A stretch of 64,000 nt of DNA, taken from the NCBI GenBank assembly GCA_951406725.2, contig OX597841.1, positions 19,406,001-19,470,000 on the forward strand, in the 5' to 3' direction. Under the pieces are notes generated by a model. That model did no database searches, was not told the origin of the DNA, and worked only from the letters and a program-made list of their open reading frames with translations. This stretch comes from Octopus vulgaris. Lineage: Eukaryota. Of the stretch, positions 24,676 through 36,544 are shown piece by piece. The position numbers were made by a program, and so were the translations under genes. The first letter of the stretch is position 1. Every line of letters begins with the position of its first letter.

Positions 24676-25585
24676 TTACCTCCACCTTAGCAGAGGTGGA
24701 CGTATTGTTTTTAGTTGTTTCTTTGTCTGTGGACAAGATATTTCAAGAACCGCCGGATGGATTCGGATGAAACTTTCAGGAATGTTTGGCCTCGTGACTG
24801 GCACAAACTGGTTATATTTTGGGATCGATCCAATACCAGACAAAGATTCTGGATTATTTGTTATATTTACTTTACATGATTACGATCTTACGTTATCAAG
24901 TCTTTCTCAATTATCTCCCTTTAGGCTGTTTCCAAAGTTTTGTTTTCATTTCTCTGTTATTAATTTTACTCGAGTCTCTATCTCAGTAGAAACTGATGGA
25001 TAAAGAAATCAAACTACATAAAGAACTGGCATCAAACCCCTTCAGAAATTAAATAATATATTTCTATATTATACTAGCACTATGATCCGGCATGAGTACT
25101 GTACCAATCTCCGACCAATCACATGCAGCTAGCTGGCATTCAATTGGCGCATCAAGTTTCGGTCATTTTGATTGGGTTTTGGAAAGAAAATTCACAAAAA
25201 AGTCACTTCTATTGATTTTTTAATGGTTTTGCGGGATGACTGTGCACGACCACCCTTGGACAGTTTTGACTGACCATAGAAAGTGCGAGCACTCTAACTG
25301 AAAGATTGTGGATTTGTATAAAGGACACACGCACAGACAGACATTTTGCCGTTTATATATAGAGAGATTTGCGGGGTGACTGCAGAAATGTAAAGATGTG
25401 CACGACCACCCTTGGACGGTTTTGACTGACCATAGAAAGTGCGAGGCCTCTCACTGAAAAATTGTGGATTTGTATAATGGACACACACGCAGACAGACAT
25501 TTTGCCTTTGATATATATATAGAGAGATCTCTGACTTATCGTTGAGAGGATGTTGGTGTTCCCTTGGTGGTGGTTTGTGCTCTTG
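24676..25585 (+). mobile_element. Non-autonomous DNA element (possibly Crypton-derived) inserted in a piggyBac MITE
   Basis: Starts ttacctccacc...aggtgg hairpin, ends ggtggtggtttgtgctct; the MITE sequence resumes at about 25589. Confidence 0.45.
25074..25527 (-). mobile_element. Non-autonomous Helitron-like element, family 2, with duplicated 5' part
   Basis: Minus strand A|TC...CTAG|T; 25226-25368 is repeated at 25369-25527. Confidence 0.65.
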
Positions 25586-26351
25586 TTTTATTTAAAATTA
25601 ATTGCAGGAAACACGGAGCATCTCAACAGAAATATGGTAACAAAAGGCTAAGAAGAAAAATAATCAGCAGAAGACATGAGAGAAGGAGACCCCACTGTGG
25701 TCCCTCTATATGCTAGAAATAATAGCTTAAATTGCCGTCAATTCACACCCTTCCAACTGCTTCTTATGTCCATCTGCCCAAATGTAGAGGTGTGTTTAAC
25801 CCCTGCGATACCAGCCTCGCTGAAACCACCTCTGGCTCTCTAGTAAAAATGTCTCGTTTTTATAAGTTTTGAATTAAAATCTTCCACCAAACCTTAGTCA
25901 CAATTTCTGTTCCTAACACTAGCTTAATGATAACGAAGTTATTTTACTAAATTCTTTGTTATATTTAAAATTAATTGAAAGAAACACAGAATCTCAACAA
26001 AAAGGTGGTAACAAAAGAGTTATAATCAACAGAAGACATAAGAGGAGATCTCAATGTGGTCACTCTATATGCTAGAAATAATAGCCTAAATCTCCTTCAA
26101 TCCACACAATTCCTACTGCTTCTTATGTCCATCGGCCCAAATGTAGAGGTGTGTGCAGAGGAGGGGTGAGTCAGTTACAATAACCCCAGTGTTCAACGGG
26201 TAATTACTTTTACCCTGAAAAGATGAAAGGCAAAGTCAATTTCGACAGAATTTAGCAGCAGACAAAATATGACTAAGAATTTTGCTCAGCATGCAACCAA
26301 TTCCGTCAGTTGGCCACCTTAATTAATAATGATAATAATAATAATAATTAT

Positions 26352-27175
26352 TACTGAAAAAGATTGTACAAATGTAAAGATAGAACACCTACAAAAATCA
26401 GCATTGCTTGGAAAAGCCAGAGTTCTCTGCAGGGTTCTTGAAGCCTGACCAGTAAACAAGGGTCACCTTAGTCTACTGGTGGTGGACAGCTGACACTTTC
26501 CATCATACCCAGCAAAATAAGCTGAGAGTTTTTGTCAAATAATGATAATATCAAGAAAAAGATGCTTTCTAATCGATCTATCAATACTAACAGATGATAA
26601 TGTATCTTTAAAAGAAATGGAGAAACTCTCAAAATACAAAGACCTGGAAATAGAGGTAACTTGAATGTGGAGCCTAAAAACAGAATTCTTATAATAGTAG
26701 GTGCATTAAGTATGATTAAAAACCATTCAGACAAATATATAACCAAAACACCAGCACTTACAAATCTATATAACATACAGAAAAGGCAGCGAGCTGGCAG
26801 AAACGTTAGCGTGTCGGGCAACACGTTTAGCAGTATTTCGTCTGTTGTTATGTTCTGAGTTCAAATTACGCCGAGGTCGACTTTGCCTTTCATCCTTTCG
26901 GGGTCGATGAATAAAATACCAGTTGCGTACTGGGGTCGATATAATCAACTTAATCCCTTTGTCTGTCCTTGTTTGTCCCCTCTATGTTTAGCCCCTTGTG
27001 GGTAGTAAAGAAATCTATATAACATACAGAAAAGAGCACTGCTAGGGACTGCACACATCCTACATAAAACACTTTCAATACGATAAAAATAAGAGCATCA
27101 CAAAAACCCCTGCACCTACCCAAGGCCCACACAGCTGTGTTCAGGGGTGCAGTGAGAGCACATGATAAAAATATA
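26352..27175 (+). mobile_element. Two 3' relics of restriction-like-endonuclease (R4/Dong-like) LINEs
   Basis: IEHLQKSALLGKARVL (26380-26447); KEMEKLSKYKDLEIE..MW...IIVGAL...IQKRALLGTAHIL (26600-27080, split by a SINE); (TAA)n context. Confidence 0.7.
26784..27012 (+). mobile_element. SINE family A, full length, with long TSD
   Basis: aaatctatataacatacagaaaag at 26762-26785 and 27011-27034. Confidence 0.88.
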
Positions 27176-27597
27176 CGATTACAGGTACAAGGCTTCAAAT
27201 TTGTGGGGAGGGGACTGGTTGATTACGTTGACCCCAGTGCGTAACGGGTACTTGAATTAGTGATCTCCAAAAGAATGAAAGGCAAAGTGGACCTTGGTGG
27301 AATTTGAACTCAGAATGTAGCAACAGGCGAAAATGCATATTTCTTTACTACCCCCAAGGGGCTAAACACAGAGAGGACAAACAAGGACAGACAAACGGAT
27401 TAAGTCGATTACACCGACCCCAGTGCGTAACTGGTACTTATTTAATTGACCCCGAAAGGATGAAAGGCAAAGTGGACCTCGACGGAATTTAAACTCGGAA
27501 TGTTGCGGCAGGTGAAAATACTGCTAAGCATTTCATCTGGTGTTCTAACGATTCTAGCAGCTTTCTGCCTTAAGACTAATAAATAATAATAATAATA

Positions 27598-28126
27598 GCT
27601 CTCATGGCTTCTGATCTTAACTGATTGGAAGTGTTATCATGTACATTGTTTTATCTTGGTATAAAAGATGGCCTACAGCAAATATTCTGCTCAATACCAC
27701 AGATTTGCTTGTCAGTTGTTTGACCATAACCAGTTGGTCATGTCCCTTAGTGGCTGACGATAAGTGTATCTCTGATCACGAGCAGAAGTAGTGGGGAGCA
27801 TCAAAGCCATGTGTTGAGAGGAACTCTTTGGGGTTCGAATAATTCACCTCTGGAAACATGGGTGGTTCTTTCAACATCCTTAAACAACCCTTATTCAGGG
27901 ACCTTTTGAGTGGGACGGTTTGCTCAACCAGAAGAAAATTCTAAGTGGGCCCCACCTACAAGGTCATGTGCTGCTTATCTTGATATGAGATCACCATGTC
28001 GCGCACATATGATTGTGATGCATGTGCCTGGTGTACCCTTATCAGACGGGTAGTCATGATGGGTATATTGGGCTTCGTATATTTTACCCCAGTGTCACTT
28101 TGATGGCATGAACTGCTCTCTCACTC
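27598..28126. mobile_element. Unclassified about 530-bp insertion between (AAT)n tracts
   Basis: Sharp boundaries at (AAT)n on both sides; no ORF recognised. Confidence 0.4.
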
Positions 28127-28168
<42 letters not shown>

Positions 28169-28208
28169 TATGATGATAATGATAATAATAATAATAATAA
28201 TAATAATT

Positions 28209-28240
<32 letters not shown>

Positions 28241-28259
28241 AACAATAATAATAATAAAA

Positions 28260-28297
<38 letters not shown>

Positions 28298-28301
28298 AAT
28301 A

Positions 28302-28612
28302 ATGTGGCGATGGAACTGAGGCAAGAAGACCAGATTTGATCCTGGTTTCGAAAGAAGTCATTGCTAGATTATTGACCTCAGTGTCCCAGGGGATCAGGAG
28401 ATGTTCATGTGGCAGAGAAAGAGGGTTGACAGTTTGACACGATTTGAAGCATGAGGGGGTTATACCTGTTGTGATGGGGGCCAGAAGTGCTGCAGAAAAC
28501 AGATTGATGTCAATGTAGCTGGAATGAGAAAGTTGAGCGAACCCCCATGGTGGTCAGTTATGACCAACTCTTCTTCAAAAGATATCAGCATACAATCAGC
28601 CTGAGAAATAGG
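28302..28612 (+). mobile_element. Degenerate RLE-type LINE relic
   Basis: EARRPDLILVSK and IIDLSVPGD, the PD..D endonuclease motif; flanked by (AAT)/(GAT)n. Confidence 0.6.
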
Positions 28613-28640
28613 ATAATAATAATAATAATAATAATAATAA

Positions 28641-31600
28641 TCATCATCATCATCGTTTAACGTCCGCTTTCCATGCTAGCATGGGTTGGACGGTTCAACT
28701 GGGGTCTGGGGAGCCCGAAGGCTGCACCGGGCCAGTCAGATCTGGCAGTGTTTCTACAGCTGGATACCCTTCCTAATGGCAACCACTCCGTGAGTGTAGT
28801 GGGTGCTTTTTATGTGCCACCGACACAGGTGCCAGACGAGGCTGGCAGACGGTCACACTCGGATGGTGTTTTTTTATGTGCCACCAACACAGGTGCCAGA
28901 CGAGGCTGGCAGACGGCCACGCTCGGATGGTGTTTTTTATGTGCCACCGACACAGGTGCCAGACGAGGCTGGCAGACGGCCACGCTCGGATGGTGTTTTC
29001 GGTGTTTTCTTATGTGCCACCGACACAGGTGCCAGACGAGGCTGGCGAACGGCTACGATTGGATGGTGTTTGTTACGTGCCCACAGCACGGAGGCCAGTC
29101 GATGCGGTACTGGCTACGGTCACGTTCGGATGGTTTTCTTACGTGCCACCGGCACTGGTACCACAAGGATACAAATTCCATTGATGTTCATCTATTTTGA
29201 TTGATTTGATTTGATTCGATTTGACTTCATTTTGACTTTCACTTGCCTCAACAGGTCTTCACAAGCGTCACAAGCAGGAAGATATGCACAGGTGGACTGA
29301 CTACGTCCCAGGTAGGGGCCATGGGTTATGGCTTCACTAGTCTTGCCAGGTCTTCTCACGCACAGCATACTTCCATAGGTCTCGGTCTCTAGTCATTTCC
29401 ATGGTGAGACCTAACGTTTGAAGGTCGTGCTTCACCACCTCGTCCCAGGTTTTCCTGGGTCTACCTCTTCCACAGGTTCCCTCAACTGCTAGGGATTGGC
29501 ACTTTCTCACACACCTATCTTCATCCATTCTCGCCACATGACCATACCAGCGCAATCGTCTCTCTTGCACACAACAACTGATGCTTCTTAGGTACAACAT
29601 TTCTCTCAAGGAACTAACGCTCTGTCGAGTAAGTACACTGACATTACACATCCATCAGAGCATACTGGCTTCATTCCTCATGAGCTTACGCATGTCCTCA
29701 GCAGTCACGGCCCATGTTTCACTGCCATGTAGCATGGCAGTTCGTACACATGCATCATACAGTCTGCCCTTTACTCTGAGCGAGAGGCCTTTAGTCACCA
29801 GCAGAGGTAAGAGCTCCCTAAACTTTGCCCAGGCTATTCTTATTCTAGCAGTTACACTCTCAGCGCACCCACCCCCACTACTGACTTGGCCACCTAGATA
29901 ACGGAAGCTATCAACTACTTCTAGTTTTTCCCCTTGGAAAGTGACGGAAGTTGTTTTCTGCAGATCTTCGGAGGTCAATGCTCCCGAGCATCTGCCACAT
30001 ACAAAAACTATCTTCCCAGTTAGCCTACCTTTGACATTGCTGCACCTCTTATGTGTCCATAGCTTACACTGGGTACATCTTATAGAGTTTCTACCTACAC
30101 CTTTTCTACAGATCGAGCAGGGCCATCTTCCTGAGGACATTTGTGGATTGTCTACCTTTCTACTTATTAGTACTTTGGTTTTAGCTAGGTTGACTCTAAG
30201 GCCCCTCGATTCTAAACCCTCCTTCCACACCTGGAACTTCTCCTCCAGTTCTGATAGTGACTCAGCAATTAGAGCAAGGTCGTCAGCATAGAGGAGCTCC
30301 CAGGGGCAACCTGTCTTGAATTCCTCCACAATTGCCTGGAGGACTATGATAAATAGGAGGGGGCTGAGTACTGAACCCTGGTGGACCCCAACCTCTACTT
30401 TGAATTTTTCTGTGTACATGTTGCCAACCCTAACCTTACTTACAGCATCTCTGTACATGGCTTGCACAGCCCTCACCAGCCATTCATCTATCCCTAGTTT
30501 CCTCATTGACCACCAGATAAGGGATCGGGGGACCCTATCAAAAGCTTTCTCCATGTCAACGAAAGCCAGGTACAGGGGCTTATCTTTGGCTAGGTATTTC
30601 TCCTGCAGCTGTCTTACCAGGAATATAGCATCCGTGGTGCTTTTCCCTGGCACGAACCCAAACTGCATCTCATCTAAACTAACTCTCTCTCTAATTAGTT
30701 GGGCTATGACCCTCTCCGTAACCTTCATTACCTGATCCAACAGCTTGATACCTCTGTAATTATTTGTATCTAGGGCATCGCCTTTACCTTTGTAGCAGTT
30801 GACTAGTATGCTGCTACACCAGTCATTGGGTATGACTCCTTCGTGTATCACCTGGTTGACTATACGGGTGACTAGGTTATAGCCGACACTGCCAGATATT
30901 TTGAGCATCTCTGCAGTAATTCCTGTTGGGCCTGGGGCTTTCCCTGTCTTCATGCTTCTAATTGCCTTAGCTACCACGGAACTATCAACTCGGATAGCTG
31001 GTCCCTCTGTTGGGTCAACATTCGGCAGACTCTCTTTATCCCATTCATTTTCTTTATTCAGCAAGCTTTCATAGTGGCGTCTCCAAACCTCTCTCTTTGC
31101 ATCCTCATTTAGCGCAAGTGAACCATCATCCATGCGAACACACTTCTCTCCTACCACATCACAATTCTCTCTCACACACTGTCTTGCAACACGAAATACC
31201 TCAAGTCTTTCATCCTCACGGCGCAGAACATTGGCAAATTTTTTCTTATCCGCTTCCCCTCTGGCTAAATAAACCTGTCTCCTAGCTTCCCTTCTGGCTG
31301 TCTGATACAATTCCCTGCTACCACCGTTCTTCCAGTCCTTCCAAGCCTGTCTCTTTTGTCTAATAGCCCTGTCAACCACAGTGTTCCACCACCATGTTAC
31401 TCTGGGTCGAGATGGTACTTTGCTCCATCCACAGATCTGGTCAGTGGCTGTCAGCAGATTGTCCCGTAGAAATCTCCAGTTGTCTTCCACATTAAGTGAA
31501 GCTATATCCCCTTCTATTTCGTCAAAGGCTTCGAGTAGTATGTCTCTAAATCTCTGTCCATTTGCAGGATCTTTAAGCTTCCAGACCCTTCTCCTCCAAG

Positions 31601-31968
31601 CTGGTCTTCTTCTGGGCAACCATTTAGCTCTGATCCTGAAGTCGCTAACTACTAATCTATGTTGAGGAGTACATTCTTCGCCTGGAAAGGTTTTGGCATT
31701 TATAATCAGCCCTCTTTCCCTTTTTCTGGCAAGGATGTAGTCAATCTGGCTGGTGTGTCTGCCAGAACGGTAGGTGACTAGGTGAGAGGTGGGTTTCCTG
31801 AAGTTGGTATTGCAGACCATAAGGTCATTTGCATCGCAGAACTCCAGCAGCCTGGTTCCCTCCTCATTACGAGAGCCAAAACCGTAGCCTCCATGGACGC
31901 CATGGAAGCCCCCGACATGCCATCCGACATGTCCATTGAAATCACCTGCCACGAAGAGAAGGTCCCAC
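28641..31968 (-). mobile_element. RTE-clade LINE family 1, 5'-truncated: partial AP endonuclease, RT with PHD-like finger, about 700-nt 3' UTR
   Basis: [54 protein letters not shown]; a single in-frame TGA at 29655-29657, ORF continues to 29337; (GAT)n tail. Confidence 0.95.
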
Positions 31969-31990
31969 GATAATAATAATAATAATAATG

Positions 31991-32021
<31 letters not shown>

Positions 32022-32055
32022 TAATAATAATAATGATAATAATAACAACAACAAC

Positions 32056-32090
<35 letters not shown>

Positions 32091-32106
32091 CAATAACAAT
32101 AATAAC

Positions 32107-32144
<38 letters not shown>

Positions 32145-32168
32145 TAATAATAATAATGATAATAATAA
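31969..32168. repeat. (AAT)n microsatellite
   Basis: Direct inspection; another (AAT/GAT)n array at 28127-28301. Confidence 0.97.
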
Positions 32169-32608
32169 GTAAAGTTAATCTCCACATCAAAGTGGCTGTT
32201 CTATGTTACTATTAGTTTAATCCTAGGCAAACCTTCTGCCAGCTGGTTATGCACCATGTACATCATCATCATCATCATCAACATCATCATTAAACATCTA
32301 TTGTCCATGCTGGCATGGGTTGGACAGTTTGACTGGTCTGACACACAGGAAGGCTATCTTCCCAGTTAATCTTCCTCTTATGCGTCCATAGCTTACACTG
32401 GGTACATCTTCTTGAGTTTCTACCTACACCTTTTCTACAGATTGAGCAGAGACATCTACCTGAAGGGGTGTGTGATGTGTTTGCCTTCCTACTTACTAGG
32501 ACTTTAGTTTTTTGCAACATTGACTTTAAGGCCCTAATTCTTCGGCTAGAGGTGGCACTGCCAAATTTCTGTTCAAAGTGACAACTAGTCACTGATCTAT
32601 AAATTAGA

Positions 32609-32961
32609 AAATTACTATTTGTAAATCTCACAACGAGAGATATTTAGTAACAGTACTTTGGGAGTAAAGATTATTTGCCAACATAACATGGCAGTTCTGG
32701 TGCTGATGAAGAGAAATAACCCAGAAATCGCGATACACAGATATTGTTTTGAGCTGAGTGGGGGTGCTAGATTCCTTTGTTTGAAAATATAAGGACACAG
32801 ATCGTATTGTACAGCCAGCTGGAGATGATGTCTCCAGGTGGGGCTAAATTACAGCAACATTCATCCTAAACCAGGACTGCCATGTTATGTTGGCAAATAA
32901 TCTTTACTCTAGATCACTGTTGCTCAATATCTCTCATTGAGACATTTACAAACAGTAATTT
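32609..32961. mobile_element. Inverted-repeat element (about 93-bp arms), Penelope pLTR-like
   Basis: 32609-32701 is the imperfect reverse complement of 32870-32961. Confidence 0.7.
32700..32738 (+). ncRNA. Minimal type I hammerhead-like motif
   Basis: gtg-CTGATGA-agagaaataaccca-GAAA-tcgcga-TA-cac; stem I gtg/cac, palindrome ATCGCGAT; stem II degenerate. Confidence 0.55.
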
Positions 32962-33396
32962 CCAATATATATATATACCTCTACTCTCTTTTACTCTTCT
33001 ACATGTTTCAATCATTTGACTGTGGCCATGCTGGAGCACTGACTTTTGTCAAAGAAACTGACCCCAGGACTTATTCTTTGCAAGCCTAGTACTTATTCTA
33101 TCAGTCACTTTTCCTGAACTGCTAAGTTTCAGGGACATAAACACACAAATATTGATTGTCAAGTGATGGTGGTGGTGGTGTGTGTGTGAGGGGGGGGGGG
33201 GGTGACAAACGCAGACACACTCACACACATACACAAAACAGGGTTCTTTCAGATACTGTCTACCAAATCAACATACAGGACTTTGGATGGCCCAAGGCTA
33301 CAATAGAAGACACTTGCCCAAGGTTCCACTCAACAGGACTGAACCTGGAACCATGTGGTTGGGAAGCAAACTTCTTAGCACTCAGCCACTTCTGTG

Positions 33397-33446
<50 letters not shown>

Positions 33447-33724
33447 TATATGTATATATATATATATATATATATTATATTATATTTTATATTAAATTAG
33501 AGATAAAACCACTATTAGGCAAATCAAACAGTGAAATAGTGGTTTTATCTCTAATTTAATATAATATAATATATTTATACTATAAAATTGGATTTAATCC
33601 TAAATCTAATTCTTCCCTGTAAGTTTGGATTTATTCCCTAATATTTTTATATACATATGAAGTTACTGCCGTGTGTGTATGTGTGCGTATAGCTGCTCAG
33701 TGCCTCTCCGAAAGAGAGAGAGGG

Positions 33725-33755
<31 letters not shown>

Positions 33756-33826
33756 CATGTAACTGTGTGTGTCGTTGGCGATTTTTTTCCCTCCGTCTTC
33801 CCTTCCTTGGATCTTTCTTTTTCCTA

Positions 33827-33862
33827 TGTTTCTGACGAAGAGCTCCGCTCGAAACGTTAAAT
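33827..33862 (+). ncRNA. Minimal type I hammerhead-like motif in an about 180-bp repeat (33770-33950)
   Basis: gttt-CTGACGA-a-gagc tcc gctc-GAAA-cg-TT-aaat; intact core. Confidence 0.65.
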
Positions 33863-33944
33863 CCTTCTTCTTTCTTTCCTTTCCTGAGCATCCAATAATA
33901 CTATATTTGTTCCACGTCCTCGTGTTGTGTTTTCATGTTTGGAT

Positions 33945-34002
<58 letters not shown>

Positions 34003-34439
34003 TCGGAGTGGTTGGCGTTAGGAAGGGCATCCAGCTGTAGAAACTCTGCCAGATCAAGACTGGGGCCTGGTGCAGCCATCTGGATTGCCAGCCCTCAGTC
34101 AAACCGTCCAACCCATGCTAGCATGGAAAGCGGACATTAAATGACGACAATGATGTTGATGATGATACAATGGGCTTCTTTCAGTTTCTGTCTACCAAAT
34201 CCACTCACAGGGCTTTGGTTGACACTTGCACACGGTGCCATACAGTGGGACTGAACCCGGGAACCTTGTGGTTGGGAAGCAAGCTTCTTACCACACTGCC
34301 ATAATGAATATAATAGGGTAAGTGGCAACACAAAAACTTGGGTCACTTTATTGCTCCAGCTGTGTGGCTAAAGGTGCAGGCTTGAGTGGGTCAGGGTTAG
34401 GGGTTTGCTTTTCAATGCCTTCCTATGTATGATGTCTGT

Positions 34440-36055
34440 GCAGATGGATGGTCTAAAATAGGGTTCAAAAGGTCAACGGGTCAACTGTCAGAAATTCTAA
34501 AAAGAATTCTTTTGAATTGAATAGCAAATTTCTATTCAGGATATGGTCAGTTGAGTGTGTGTATGTATTGTGTGTGCGTGTGTGTGTGTATTGTGTGTGT
34601 GTATTATGTGTGTGCGTGTGTTTATTGTGTGTGTATGTATTGTGTGTGAGAGTGTGTGTGTATGTGTGTGTGCAATGTGAAAGAGTTTAGGAAGAAATTG
34701 TTGTTTCTTTTATTCCATGGTGTGTGTTTTGTTTGGGTTTCTTTTTTGGGGGTGGGGGGGAGGGGAGGGGGGAAGGAATTATTTTTGTGTCAAAACATTT
34801 TTTTACTTCCTTTTTATTCAGAATCTGCTCAGAAGTATGTCAATAAGTGTGTTAAATGGATTTTAGGTGAGGGCGGGGGTTGTGGTGGTGGTCCAGAATA
34901 TTCCATTCAGTAAAATCCTCCAGATCCCTTAAATCCCATTTTAGCACAAGCAGCTGATCAAAAAAGGGCTTTAATACAAAAAGAGTTCCTTGCCCCCAAA
35001 AAACAAAACACACACACACACACACATAAAGGCACACAATACACATACACACACAAACACACACACACACACACATAAAGGCACACAATACACATACACA
35101 CACAAACACACACATGCAAAATACACACACACACATAAAGGCACACAATACACATACACACACAAACACACACATGCAAAATTCACACACACACATAAAG
35201 GCACACAATTACACATACACACACAAACACACACATGCAAAATACACACACACACATAAAGGCACACAATACACATACACACAGACACACACACATGCAA
35301 AATACACACACACACATAAAGGCACACAATACACATACACACAGACACACACACATACAAAATACACACACACACATAAAGGCACACAATTACACATACA
35401 CACACAACACACATACAAAATACACACACACACATAAAGGCACACAATACACATACACACAGACACACACACATACAAAATACACACACACACATAAAGG
35501 CACACAATACACATACACACACAAACACACACATGCAAAATACACACACACACATAAAGGCACACAATACACACACACACACACACACACACATGCAAAA
35601 TACACACACACACACATAAAGGCACACAATACACATACACACACAAACACACACATGCAAAATACACACACACACACATAAAGGCACACAATACACATAC
35701 ACACACAAACACACACACACACACACACACAAAGGCACACAATACACATACACACACAAACACACACACACATACAAAATACACACACACACACATAAAG
35801 GCACACAATACACATACACACACACATACAAAATACACACACACACACATAAAGGCACACAATACATATACACACACAACACACAAACACATACACACAT
35901 AAAGGCACACAATACACAGACACACACACACACACCCATTTCCTGAATAGAAATTTGTCATTCATCTGAAGAGAGTTCTTTTCAATTGAACACAATTTCT
36001 GACAGTTGACCTCTTGACCTCTTGACCCTTTGAACCCCATTCCAGACCAGCTACA
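34440..36055. repeat. Imperfect foldback / inverted duplication containing an about 62-bp CA-rich minisatellite (35005-35935)
   Basis: 34440-34548 vs 35937-36055 and 34775-34803 vs 34960-34990 are inverted homologues. Confidence 0.75.
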
Positions 36056-36544
36056 TAAACATTATTTGTTTCAGTCATTTTGGCTGTGGCCATGTCGGAG
36101 CACCACCTTCAGAGGTTTTAGAGGAAGAAATCCACCCCGGGACTTATTACTTGTAAGTCTAGTACTTATTCTATTGGTCTTTTTTTGCTGAACCGCTAAG
36201 TTACAGGGACATAACCACACCAATATCAGTTGTAAAGTAATGGTGGTGGTGGGGGTGGGGAGATATACACAGACACACACAACACACAAACGTATATATA
36301 AATAATGATTTTCTTTCAGTTTCCATCTACCAAATCCACTCTCAAGGCTTTTGTCAGCCCAAGGCCACAGCAGAAGACACCACACACACACACACACAGA
36401 CACCTCTTCTGACACTCTCATCTCTTACAAAGAACCTCTTCTTCATCCATTCCCTTCCGATCATTCCAAAATCTAACTACATGGCAATTGTTGGAGATTT
36501 CTTTTCCTCCGTCTTCCTTTTCTCTCGGACTTTCCTCCGTCTCT

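Noticed and set aside
31969-32108. Poly-Leu N-terminus of the 817-aa ORF resembling a signal peptide fused to an RT
   Set aside because: Read-through of the (AAT)n microsatellite at the 5' truncation; the same applies to the YI-rich starts of ORFs 54553..56091 and 55606..56613.
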